Assembly: GCA_003971905.1 (NCBI GenBank)
Contig: RSEE01000072.1
Span: 186,001-250,000, forward strand
Direction: 5' to 3'
Length of the DNA stretch: 64,000 nt
Source of the DNA: Moniliella sp. 'wahieum'
Taxonomy: Eukaryota
Positions 37,568 through 49,900 of the stretch are shown piece by piece. The notes below the pieces were generated by a model. That model searched no databases. It was not told the origin of the DNA and worked only from the letters and a program-made list of their open reading frames with translations. The stretch's first letter is position 1; every line of letters starts with the position of its first letter. The position numbers were made by a program, and so were the translations under genes.

Positions 37568-40500
37568 CTGCCGGAGGGGAGGGGAGGGGTGAGTTATAGG
37601 AGGATCGGTAGGGGCAGAGGGGAGAAACGTACAGCGATATGAGTATAATCACCAAGTGTGGGTGGGATGGTGGGCGGGAAGTAGCAGAGCAACATTATGG
37701 GGTGGAGGTATAGAGCCGAAGAGGACGAGGAAGAGAGATGGGCCAATAAACGAGAAGGGTATTTATTCAGGTATGGCCAAGACTGGGGGTCGGTGGCGTA
37801 GAGGCAGGAGGGCAGAGCAGGTTCATCGTAGAAGCAGCCATGGAAAAATAGCGCTTGTGAGCGTGCCAACATCGAGGCTACTAACGCCAGAGATATAGAC
37901 TACCGGGGCCGTGCGTTGTGCCTGCTTGGGCCCAGGGATGAGCTCAGTGGCGCTGTGCTGCGCAGCGTGGGGCACCCCATACTGCACGCATGGCACCTGT
38001 GTGCTGCCTCGACAGGCGCTTTGCCCTGCGTGGCGACACTGTCCTCCTGCCGGCACATCTCGCCCCGCCAAAGTGGCGTGTGCACCCGACGCGATGCTGA
38101 TGCCTTCTATGCCAAAACTACAAGGCTGCGGTTATTAGACGGTTATTCTGTTGCTGCTCTGCCCAGTGGCCGGCTGCCATCCATGGTGAGCTGAGTCGCC
38201 GGCTCTGGTACCCCCCGCCCTTTCAACATCGCCCATATACGCGCTTGTTTCCGACGAGGAAACAATCACCAACACTTCACATCGTCCGTGAGAGAGGGGC
38301 AATTAAACACCACGAATAGAAGAGTACCCGTGCTATATATTGACGCAAAACCAAGTTCATCTGTGAGAAGGTCAACTAACCCGCAACCTGAGGGGACGGA
38401 GAGCCACATCGTGACCATTCATCACCCAAACGACTACCATTGTTGATGACCACCCCGGCCCAGAGCCCACACATCTGATCAGTCTTCAGTGGCATGTGTC
38501 GTTCGAGAGGACACACGCAGAGTGAATCGGGTCGTCGCATTCCAGAGGCCTCTTTCCCACCAACTTCCTGCTTCCGCGGGCCTCTCACAACACACGCCTA
38601 GCTTCCCTTTTATCGCTAGAATTGCATCACTATGCCAGCCTATCTCATCAACACCACTAGTTATAGGCCCGGGACAATTCTCGGCGCCATATTATGCACA
38701 ACTATAGTTTTTTCTGTCCACAAACCGTTTCATAAAACTCTCCCTCATCTACCTCATCCTCAAAGCCTACACATCCGCCACCAATGTCACCCTCAAATCT
38801 GTATTCAATAGCATTTGCAGGGCGCAAGGCCGGCACAAAGAAATGCTGCATCTATCAGAAACTTGTGCATTCATCAGCGTGTGCTGTTTGCTCATGCCCA
38901 TTAGAGTTGCCAGCAGGTCGTTTCAAACACCCTGTGGCTCCCCCCTCCCCAATTCCTCTAAAAACGGGTTGTTAGCAACAAAGCCGATATACGAAGGAGA
39001 GCTGTGGCAGACATGCGTGAGCCATGAAGGTTGAACCGTTTCTCCAATGGTTCTTCAGTAAATCGCTTCCATTGCTCAAAGGTCTTGGAGCCGTCTTGGT
39101 GAGATGGTGCCCGCGCGTTGTCATGACCAAAAGAGGAGGAAAGGTTCCTTGAGTACTCTCCTGTGATTGTTGTTTGTCTTTGAAGCCGTGTGCACAGTTG
39201 CTCCAACAGAGTTGATGCAGCTTCATTACCCTACATTCCATAGGCGTTGTCTTCTCAGGCCTCATGTATAGCACTTTCCGGTACGCAACCACACATAGAC
39301 TCCTTTTTGTGTCCGAGTCCTTCAGGCTGGGGCTCGCCTCCATTGCTAATCCTCTCCGTTCCAACACCCCCCATAACTAAAGCACTAATTGGGCTTGATG
39401 CCCCTCCGTAGGCTCTGCTTACCGCCCTGTTTTGTTGGACCACAGACCCTACATCAGCCGTTTTTCTATGGCCTACATAGTACTAACGACATACTATGTC
39501 TATAGTTGCCTGCTGTGGGTTAGGATCCCCACCTCCACTAATTCTCGCACAATAGTGTCGACAAGCGCGGTGGTGAAAGCAGCCAGATTGATGTACCCAT
39601 CATGACGGGCATCTCCCAAAGGGGAGATAGGGGAGAATGGAGGGGCCCAGGCTATCCGCACAGGTATATAAATTGAAGTAAAAGTAGGTTTTGCACCCCA
39701 ATAATATCCCTCTTCTCGCCCTTAGTACACTTCGCGCGTCAAAAAAGCTCTCAGGTATATAATCCGCATCGAAAATCTAAGATCTAATGGACAACGGCCA
39801 GTCCGTGATCATCGATCACTGCTCCATCACCGCGACCAGCTCTCCTGGCCCTCTCCCGTCTTCGCAGTCCTCCGTGGCGTGGGCTCGAATGCCACTCTCG
39901 TCCCCACGTGGGAGGCGAGCAAGGCAGGGACAGAAGTGGTGGGGATGCAATCAGAGGAAGGCAGCCCCGAGGCGCAACAAGGAGGGGCGGAACAGAGGCG
40001 GAACGGGGCCACCGCGCCCATGTACATTGGATTAATTGGATCAGTGGCTCAGAACCGAGTACCACCGCAGTCCTCGGCTATCTTCGGCCGAACAGTGTTA
40101 GGGGGCGACGTGTGACCGTGTGACGTGTGACTTGTGACATGTGCGTGTGACACACGACCGCTGACCGGTGACCGGTGACCTGTGATATGTGATTGATGAT
40201 CGAGCGAAAGATATTTGAGCTTCGAGCTCCTAACGCAAGGCGACAGAGGCTACATAATATTGCAGGCCTCTCGCAGTTATAGGAAGAAAGGAATAATGAT
40301 GGCAACACGGAATACACCAATGAAAACCGGGATGGCGGAGTACCGGTGCAATCCCACGCCCCTACCCCTATGTTTTCCGGTGTGACATGTGGCACCACTC
40401 AGTACCCACTCGGGTACGTGTGCATAGCGAATCCAACGTATTTTCCCAATTGCGCACATAGAGAGACAAACGCAGTAGATAATGAAACATCGTGCACATG

Positions 40501-41252
40501 GACAGGAGGTAAGAGGTCGGTAGGGCCGGCGAGTTCAACAGAGGACAGAGACGCGACGTGACATGTGAACATGTGTACACAGGTAGTGAAGCAAAGAAGA
40601 AAAGGAAATATAAAACGCGCAGTGGAACTGTATGGGCAGCGGGGGAAACAGGAGGGGGGGAGGGCTTTGCGGAAAACTGGAAAGGCGAACAAACGTGCTC
40701 TGATGTAAGACGCACCACGAGGGAGGGAGCAGAATGCAGTTGGAGTGGGTCATTGCAGCACTCCATAAAAGAAGAGGATCCCCAGCATAGCAGACAGAAG
40801 AGAGAAGGCCACAGATAATACACAGCCCATCCTCTACTGACATTAGGCCACCGGTAAGTCATGACCAGAGGCAAAAGGGCCCGGGAGTGTCTACTCCATA
40901 CGGTACCAATAGTAGAAAGGGGGGGAGGGGGGTGGGAGATCCCCGACGGATAACTTTTACCGTTGGAGAAAGGACACGGCGAATAAGGATGGTCGATGAC
41001 GATTCACAGTCCATGTTCAGGTCGAGTGGCCGATTAAAAAGTGAAGGGGGCAGCCAGGCCCTCCCCGTCGCTCTCAGTCAAGGCAAAGGAAGCAGGTTTG
41101 AGCTCTAGATCAAGGGAGGTGGCGGGAAATCCTACGAATTGCCCCAATCCGTCCCTGTAGTAAGAAGACAGAACCACAAAGATCCAGCCAGAGAGCATCA
41201 GCGCCTGTTGGGACGGGAACAAAGGGAATGAAAAGGGAGGTGGAAGGAGTGC

Positions 41253-42794
41253 TCACATAGGCTTTGACCAAGGTTGAGCTAGGCCTTCCAGTTGAATTGT
41301 CGAGCCAGGTGGGTCCAACAGGTCCCGTGACGCTCCTACTGTGACCGTTCCCAGCTCGGTTTCCGCTGGAGCCGTGGGCGTGGACAACGGCGAGTGTTCA
41401 GTCTGGGGAGACAAGCTGGTCGGGTCCAACGCCGGGGAGAGAAGGCTGGGAGAGGAACATAGACTGATCTTGAGGGAAGGCGAGGAGGCCGAGCTGAGCC
41501 CGGTGAGTGGGGTGAGAGGCGTAGAAGGACCGAGCGAAACAGATCCGTTGCTGGAGTAGATGTTATTGCCAGGCAAAGAAGTGTGTCGAAGGGGTGCGGG
41601 CTTGGCCGGCGGTACGCCAACGGTGGAATGGGGCGCAAACATTGGCTGGAATCCGAGGCCCATATAAGCATTCTCTGGCACGGTAGGGCTAGCATCCGAG
41701 TAAACGTTGGGTAAGGATTTGGCAGTGCGACGAGAGTGACCGCCAGCGCCAGCTGTATGGCTCGTTACGGATGAACGGGAGGAGGTGCGAGAGTGCGATG
41801 TAGTGGGCACGGTGCGGATGACGGTAGCCTTTTTCCCTGTCCTCCATTTCGCCAACACCTCGGGCGTGAGGCCCCACCAAGATCCCTTACCCGGCATGGC
41901 AGCGGGACGAGCAATCTTGATGAAAATATGGGTTTTGATTGAGAGGGTAGACTTGATACGGTTCTTTACTTTTCCCTGCAGAGAGATATAAAAAAACAAA
42001 CACAGGGATGGAGTTAGAGGCAAAAGGCCAAAACGGGCACACATGATGTAAAATCAAAGCAACACAAGAGACTAGAATAGAAATGAAAGAAGACCTACCT
42101 CCCAGCTTTTCCCATGAGCCCATTGGTAAATCTCGGGAAAGTTGTTGCACATGCGGAGGAAGAGATCCTGGACAACCAACTTGGCATCTTCCACTTCGGC
42201 GATCGTCTGGCAGATCATATCACACCAATTCAATCGGCATCCAGCAAGGGAACCTGGTGGAAGCGGGACCGTGACACCAGTTGATGGGAAGCGCGCAGTG
42301 CTGGCCGAAGAAGGCGCACGGAAAGCGGAAGTCAGGTTCCCCTGCGGGGCGTTTTTCGGCGGTAAGGACGTATCGACTGTCGACGGAAAGACAGGGGGCG
42401 GGCTACCCATCATCCCATATGGCGGTGGCGTGGGGAAGCAGGACATGGCGATGGCCCAGAGCGGTGGGGCAGATACAGCTGTCTCGGCGGCGACGGCCTT
42501 GAAAGGTGCAAGGCTCGTGGAAAATGTGGGCGGACCATGAAGGTTGGGGAGGTGGGGCACCGTGGGTAGATCATTGGAAGGGAGGACGATCGCCGGGTGA
42601 AGCGGCTGGGAAGAGGAGGGGCGGATGGGGTGACGGATGGGGTGACAGATGGGATGGTCGCTGTGGACAGGGGCAGGGCCGACGCCGCGGGGGGCGGGGG
42701 GGCTAGAATTAAGGAAGGAGCGAGTTGGGCAGGATCCGACCAGAAGGGACAGGACCAAGTCGCAGGCAGGAGCAGCGGGGGGCATGGCAGCCAT
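41253..42794 (-). CDS. Forkhead (winged-helix) transcription factor, smut Fox1-like; two exons, about 472 aa
   Basis: Exons 42794-42099 and 41975-41253; intron 41976-42098 (GTAGGT..CTAAC..CAG). Spliced domain RLNWCDMICQTIAEVEDAKLVVQDLFLRMCNNFPE..WE|GKVKNRIKSTLSIKTHIFIKIARPAAMPGKGSWWGL, followed by a Ser-rich tail. No frameshift needed. Confidence 0.88.
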
Positions 42795-45787
42795 GGTGGA
42801 TGAACCGTAATGATGTTTATGTGGTGGGTGTGTTATCTGCCAGATGGAGGCAAGAAGTAGGAGGGGGGACGGGGGAAGAAATGGGAAGCGGAGGCAGTGG
42901 TCGGTTTGAAAAGAGATATCTGCCGCCCCATCTGCCCAGGGTAGTAGTGCTACGGTGATGTAAACCGCCTCGCGACGACCACAGCACCCGGGCAATGTGC
43001 TCGCTCTATCTGCACACACCGCCTGTCGCATGCGTATCGTATCGCCCCAAAGCAGAGCCGCGTGCCCGCGAGCCAGTCCATACCGCGCCCACATCCCGCC
43101 CGGGGCGTACTGCGCCTACCAGCTCCGACCGCCTAGGGTGTGTCTGGCTGCAACATGTAAACAACGCCGCGGGCGGCCGCGTTCTTTTCGGATGCTGTGA
43201 CGCACGTGATACATGATACGCACCGCCCACTCTCCCCGCCGGTCCGGCCGAGCGTTTTAAGCTTCAGGCTGATTTACCGGGGCCCGGCTGCGCGTTACGC
43301 CACCCTACGCGCTACGGCGCATGCACTGCATCGCACCGCACGCGCACCGCACCGCACAGCAAAGCACTGCTGCGCGTGCCCGTCCCCGCTTCCCGGTTCT
43401 CTCTCGTCGCCCCCACCGAACTGGGACCGGCCGTTCACCGGTCACCAGTGATTGATGATCTCAATTTTCTCTCCGATCGATTAGATTATCCAGCGCCCCC
43501 AGGGCCTCATCAGGGCCGCAGGCGTCAGGCCAGCCTCAACCCCGCAACGTACCCAACGGACTCGGCCGCCCCTTTGGCCAGGGCTTTTCTCTGTCTGAGA
43601 GCTGTCTGAGCCTGAGATCGCGGTGCTGGCGTGGAACAGACAAGGCCTCTCGGCTCTTGTTTGTGTCCATAATATCGGTCCGAAAACATGCATAAAACAT
43701 GAGTGCATCAGCGGCTCAGCGCTCAGGCTGAGCAGCGCGGCCCTTAGGCCTTAGGCCTTACCCTTCTTCTTTCTTCGCCGCAGTGCCGTTCAAGTGTCCC
43801 GTCTAGGGTCTAATCCCGCTCAGCTATCCTCTTCTCTTCGTAGTCTTCTCTTACCCTCCTCTTCCCTTGCGCGGCGTGCGCCCGAAACAAAAAACAAGCT
43901 CCCCAGGGCTCTCCCCCACAAGCCACGGACCCGGCACCGTGACGTCACGGCGACGACTCAGAGACTCTTGGCCACAGAGCAGTGCCGCTGCAAGGTCTGT
44001 CACATGTCAGCTTTAAACAAAGCTTCTCCCACACCCTCCGGCCGAGAGGTCTATACGTGCCTGCCTAATCCACAAACCTCCATTCCACAGATGGAACGTC
44101 TTCTCGCCTTCTCTCCACACCGCTCTGTCCAGGTTCAACGTACTAAACCTTCAAATGGCTCAGCCGCTTGGCGCCCAGTCGCTCAACGTCCAAAACGTCC
44201 AACGTCCCAACTGCATCAATATGCGCAGCGGATCCGCGCCTCCAGGTCATCAACCATCCGTAATCCCCGCACCATACATACAGAAGACCTCTTTTCAGCG
44301 CTCAGCTTCAATGACATGAATGACACCTGGGATCTCCATGCCACACACGAGCCCCCCTCCACTCCCCACCCCTACCCGCACCTCCACCCACCATCCTATC
44401 TAACCTGCGGGCCCTACCAACAACGGCTCAACCTGGACTACGACATGTGCGCATAGCACAAATCAGTATCCCACGACACTTGGACGTATCCGCCCTGCAC
44501 GCTTCAAGGTTAAAACTCGAACTTCTCCTTCAGGCCGTAGCCTCGACCACTGTCGGCCGCTTTCTTCATACAGCTTAGGCGTCGCGTACACCATACCGAG
44601 CATGATGATGAGAGTGAGACAGTTTGCCACCCGGAGTTGGTTTTCCCGAAAGGAAGATGGCGAGAATGCGGGCTCTTTGGCCATCCATACACATTGAAGA
44701 GTTGTGTGATACTATGAACGACATGATGAACGTGATGAACGTTGAGATCTGAGAACAGGAAACGACGACGATGTCGATGATGAGCGTTGGAGTCTTGAGG
44801 CCCAGAGACGTGATGTTCCTGATGGTCCTTTTGAGGAGGATGCAATTGCACTAGTGGGGTGGGGGGGGGGGGTGGTCGTCGTCTAGGCCAGGAACAACGC
44901 GCCTATAGTAGTAGTACTACAAACAGAGAGGGGAATTAAGCAGCTAGTTGCCACCGGGGGGGCCATAACTGCGGAACAAAAGGAAAACAGAAGCGAGCAA
45001 ACAAGGAACGTCCTAACCCTACCTGAGGCCTGAGGCAGGCTGAGGAGCCCTGAGGAGGGCGGAAGGGACGTTGACTAAACGCACGAGCCACTCGGTGGCT
45101 CAACAGAAGGCATAACCAGGGTAACCGTCCTCGGTGTCGTTATACCTTCATCGATCATCCCCTTCTAAGTGAATAACGATGATTATTATGTACGTCGGAA
45201 AAGTGCCTTAGGAGAAGTTGCTAATACCAGTTCGCACAGTTGCTCTGCGAGAGAAGGAAGAGACCTGTCACGGTCCTCTTAGCTAATCAGTAAACTTTCT
45301 TGCGGCTCTTCCTCGATCCTGTTCTCCTCCTCTCTCTAGTACTACAGTACAAATATAAGGTCGGGCGTTATTGCGAGTGAGATGAAGTACTACAAGGGAA
45401 GCAAATGATTCACTGGTAGTAGAAGGAAGGAGACCAGGATGGGTGAAGAATAGCAGTGAGAAGGTTTATTGTCTGATTACTTTCAAGAGGACCGTGTCGG
45501 ACAAGACCCATGGTATATAATTCACACACTGCCATGACCCAAAGGACACACTGCACTGATACTGTTGTTTTCCACATACCCGAAGACCCGTATAGTGAGA
45601 CTAGCATCCGACTCGGGATCATGGGGGGATCCTACGGGATCCGCTCCAAAGCAGCCTTCACGATCGACTCGAAATCCGTGCAGGGGAACACTCGCACTAC
45701 CCTGTCCCACACCACACAGGAGGAATCGATTAACAAAAAGAAACGCTGCGTATACCGTCAGGTTCTTCCTTCTGGCCTTGTGTACTG

Positions 45788-46459
45788 TCATGACCATGTC
45801 ACTTCTTGTTGCCGATTAAACCCAATCAAATAACGTTGCGGTTTTGGGGCGTAGAAGACCCAACAAGTACAACCCATGTTACACGGTCCGTTTTTAGCCG
45901 TCTCCCTAGTTTTGATGTGAGAAGCATCAACAAGGACCATCGAGAGGTGTGTTGTTGTCTTTGACCAGGAATTTATACGACCAAGATGTGCACAGTTGTC
46001 AATGCCGGGCCAGGGCTTGGATATCAACGCCCACTGCGGGTTACGAAAGAGGGGCGGGAAGGTCTTCTCGAATCGAATTGCACAGGTGGTACGACGATGT
46101 AGGTCCTAACCATGACGGATGACACCACGCTCTCGTACAGTTTTTTCAAACACATGGACGAACAGCACACTGGCTTTGGGTATTACCCTTAACCTGTATC
46201 GACGAGCATCACACGGGATCCCCGAGACTGGATTTGGTAAGTGATGACGGTTTCTCGTAGATATATGTTGATTATGTTTCTTGAAGACGGGTTCTCTATA
46301 TGAGGGTTTCTTGAGGAAGATCTGGTGATTTTGGTATGGTTTAGTTTGGGTTTGATATAGGTTTGGTATGGGGCACCATGTGTGGCAAACATGAGGGATT
46401 GCCACCAAAACTATCACAGGGAGAAGAGTCTTGATGAGCGGACCTCTGGTAGCGTCCAT
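45788..46459 (-). pseudogene. Candidate secreted Cys-containing protein interrupted by one in-frame TAG
   Basis: ORFs 46106-46459 and 45788-46027 are in the same frame with no other stop between them. N-terminus MDATRGPLIKTLLPVIVLVAIPHVCHTW is signal-peptide-like; 8 Cys in total. Confidence 0.35.
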
Positions 46460-46860
46460 TGACGAAAGCAGGGCATATGCCCACGTTTAATCCTATGTCT
46501 CTCTCTCTCCAATGCCAAGCCAAATATTACAGTGAGACGGGGTGCTGCAACCCCACGCTACTCGTAGATGCAATGGATGCTATCACTCTTGTGCGTCGAT
46601 TGAGGTCAAGTACTATAACTTTGCAGAATACACTGCTATTGATCCCGATGTTGCCCCGTGGCAGGTTAGGTCTTCGATCTTCTTCAGTTAGCTTACCTAC
46701 TCAGAAGGTTTTCTTTTCTTCTTATAGTAGCAACGCCTGTATTTGCCCTACCACCACCGGTATCCCGCTCCCGCTTATACTCGATACTCCTCCTCTCTCT
46801 CGCTCTCCGCTGTATTCGCTGTCTGCATCGTAGAGACTGTTGTGTCTCGCTTGCGTTCTG

Positions 46861-46924
46861 GCATACTTGCGTCGCTATACGGAGTTATCGAGCATACTTG
46901 CGCGTCGCTATACAGAGTTATCGA
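46861..46924 (+). repeat. Two-copy tandem duplication of a 31-33 nt unit
   Basis: GCATACTTGCGTCGCTATACGGAGTTATCGA followed by GCATACTTGCGCGTCGCTATACAGAGTTATCGA. Confidence 0.9.
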
Positions 46925-49900
46925 GTATAAGCCCCCTCAGAGGTCTCGCACCATCGACCCCATCGCTCCCTCCAACAACAAAAAAGAATCGCTATGCCCC
47001 AACCGACCTCGCTCCTCGACTTCCTCACAATCAACTAGCTCAAGGACCTCGTCCGTCTCAACGGGGCGGTGAGCAATTCGCCGCCGAGAATGCCGAATCC
47101 AAGATTGCGTTTCACCAATGGCCTACCGATCGTCCGCTCGAGGCGCTGATCCTGTGGCTCCAGGCGGAGCCCCCCTCCGTTCCCCTTACAAGCGGCCCCG
47201 GTTCCTGCTGCCGCTCCCGGAGCAGCCATCCTCCTCGCAGCGATTACTTGCTTCGCTACAACCCCAAACCACTCCCACACCTGGAGAGGAACCCACGTAC
47301 GAATCAACGCGAGAGCGTTGTGGCGCGAAATATACATCGGAAGGGTGTCGGGGGGTATAGGTTCTCGCCTCACAGTTTTGCATATTAGTATACTTGGGGA
47401 CGTATAAGCTATCTATCGAGTATGACGGATCCCAATGCGGTTTTGAGCATATAACTGTGAGCGTCCAAGACAGGTGCCGGAGATTGGCTGGTACGTTGGC
47501 GCTGGCTACTACATGATTCTCGTCTCTACCACAGAACGGATACGTGTCTCGAAGAGCTCCCGGTTGAATCAATTCAATTTGGGCTCCAACCCTGCCCTCG
47601 ATTCCAATCTTTTCGCCAACCGTTCCCGAGTCAAGTGCTTCCATCCATCCCCTTTACGTAGTCCATCTTGATCGCATGCATTCATATGAGGAGCCGGCCA
47701 ATTCACACGCGCTTTTCGTGGCAATATTCCACAATCGATGGTCCAGCTGTGGGCACCCCATTACTTCGTGGTAGGAATGTGCATGTCGTTTCCATATCGA
47801 TCCTGGTGAAAGGCAAAAGGAACCGCAATGGGGGAGCAAGTTCAAGCGTACGATGCCGACTACCGTGTGAAGTGGCAGGGCCGTTTGACGGATGAGACCA
47901 ATCGGATCTGAATGAACATCATGCGTATACTCTTCCGACGTTTAACACTCTCTCGCATGGGCAAACCCCGGTCGCCAGATTCAAGAACGTGCACACTCAC
48001 ACCCATACCCACACACCTTGTTCCCAAAAATGAATACGACACGGCTTCATCCAAGGGTACGTGTCCTGTTGGCGTCTCGGAGTCGGCTGGAGACGCTGAA
48101 ATGCAGTGCGAAGAGCGCGATCGCAGCTCGTACTCGTATCAACGTATCAATAGGAAGGGTTATCGGCACGAAGTGCAGCCATCTCTTCATTTCTGGCTTC
48201 TCTGTACTGCAGTGCATAGCGTGCAGTGGGTCCGCCTACAACAGCTCTTTTTTCTTCTGTGCATGAGAACCAACGATTTGCACAGTGCGCACAGGTCTCG
48301 TTTGCATGAATGACCCGAGGTGTGTTACGCCGTTCCAACCGGCCTGCGAAAAGCCTGGGCTGTTTGGGGCTGTCGAGTGTGGATGCGGACAAGACGAGAA
48401 GGCGGTGGAGCCGAAAAGAGATCAGACTATGATTGACCATTTTCCAAATTAGCCTTTGCCGCCATCACACAACAACGCACGTTTTTGGCGCCACATGCAA
48501 AGACTCCATCAACTCGAGTGACGGCGGTATAACGCCTGTACGTGTCCTAATCCATAACAGGTACAACAGGTCCTCTTCCTCATCTTCCCGCTGCAGCCGC
48601 GCCGTATCCTTTCCTTTTGTGCCACTGACACCTTGGCAGCGTGGGAAGCGACTAGTTGAAGTCACACCAAAACACGCCGTGGCAATTAACACGGGGAACA
48701 GCAGAGGGTATTCCAAAGGAGAAGCCTCAGCTGCCGTGACGCTTTTCTCTGCCATGGCAAAAAAGTAAGATCCAACTGTGGTACGGTCAGCGTGTGGAAC
48801 AAGATCGATGCGACCTTGGAGGAGGCTGTGGCCCTCTGACCCGTGACCACAGCAGCTTTCTACTCAATCTGCTGTGCCCATCGTCGGAGCTCTGCTTTTC
48901 TGCTGTCATTTGGATTCCACTTGGCACAAAAAACAGAAAGCGATACGAAATTAGCTGGTTTTGCCACTAATGTGGCGAGAGCCATCATCTCGCCAAGCGA
49001 GATCACTCAACGTACTCGCGTCTTTTGATAGCCAACTCAAACTGTAGATTTGTTTGTCCGTGTTGTTTTTGCCACTGGCTTGTGACTGGTGGCAGTCGTT
49101 GGTGCCTACACTAACACACAGCAACCGTTTTTGCTGGTGCGGTTGCGTGTCTTTTGTTACACACCGACGATATATGAGTAGCTCACGGTCCTAGTTGTTA
49201 GGCAAACCGACTTATCTTTTCTTCGTCGCCTTCCTACTAGCCATTGCGCGTTACGCATAGGACCATCTGCACTACCAACGAATATGTCCTTGAGAATACA
49301 CTCCTGTCATGTTACATGCTACTCGTCTTGACCCCTCCAATTTGTATACAACGAGGAGGACCACCGGGCCTACGGCCGGCCAGCATGGCGCTGCGTCGCA
49401 CCTTAGCCGCCGTCGCCACCGTAGCCACCGTTCACCGGTCCATCGTTCCACCCTGGAACCCTTCCATGCTGGAGAAACAAAATATCACCGGCGAGTTTAA
49501 TAATCAACTTTCAAGTGTGGTAACCGGCAGGCTGGCGTGTCCAATTGTTTCCCCAGCTCGGGAGGAAGGGGCGGCGGCAAAGCGCAGGATAACGAGGTTG
49601 CCGGAGAAACAGGATGGGTGCGGTACCAGATGCATGTACCAAGGCAGGAGGGTCCTGCGGGTGATTGCGGGAGGTGGGCAGGTGACCTGACATGGGAGGT
49701 GGCCTCAGGTGAGCAGGTGAGAGAGTAGCTAGCTACCTATGTCTGGTGTTTAGCGAGATGGGAATTTTGGGGGTGGCGAGCCGAGGGGGCTGCGCCGGAC
49801 CGGAGTTGTACGTACGCGCAGGGCGGGAGGGGTGTGCAGACGTGGCAAGCGCAGCGTCTGTCTGCCCTGCGTCTCAACGTACTGGTGCGCGTGATGCTGA

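Noticed and set aside
38958..39443. Minus-strand ORFs as a transposon remnant
   Set aside because: No reverse transcriptase, integrase or transposase motifs, and no terminal repeats seen.
45012..45022. CTAACCCTAC (also at 16892 as TAACCCTAC) as a telomerase RNA template
   Set aside because: It does not extend to the expected roughly 1.5 repeats (TAACCCTAA), and no supporting RNA structure is evident.
46861..46924. Repeat of CRISPR-like length
   Set aside because: Only two adjacent copies, no spacers, no cas genes, and a eukaryotic context.
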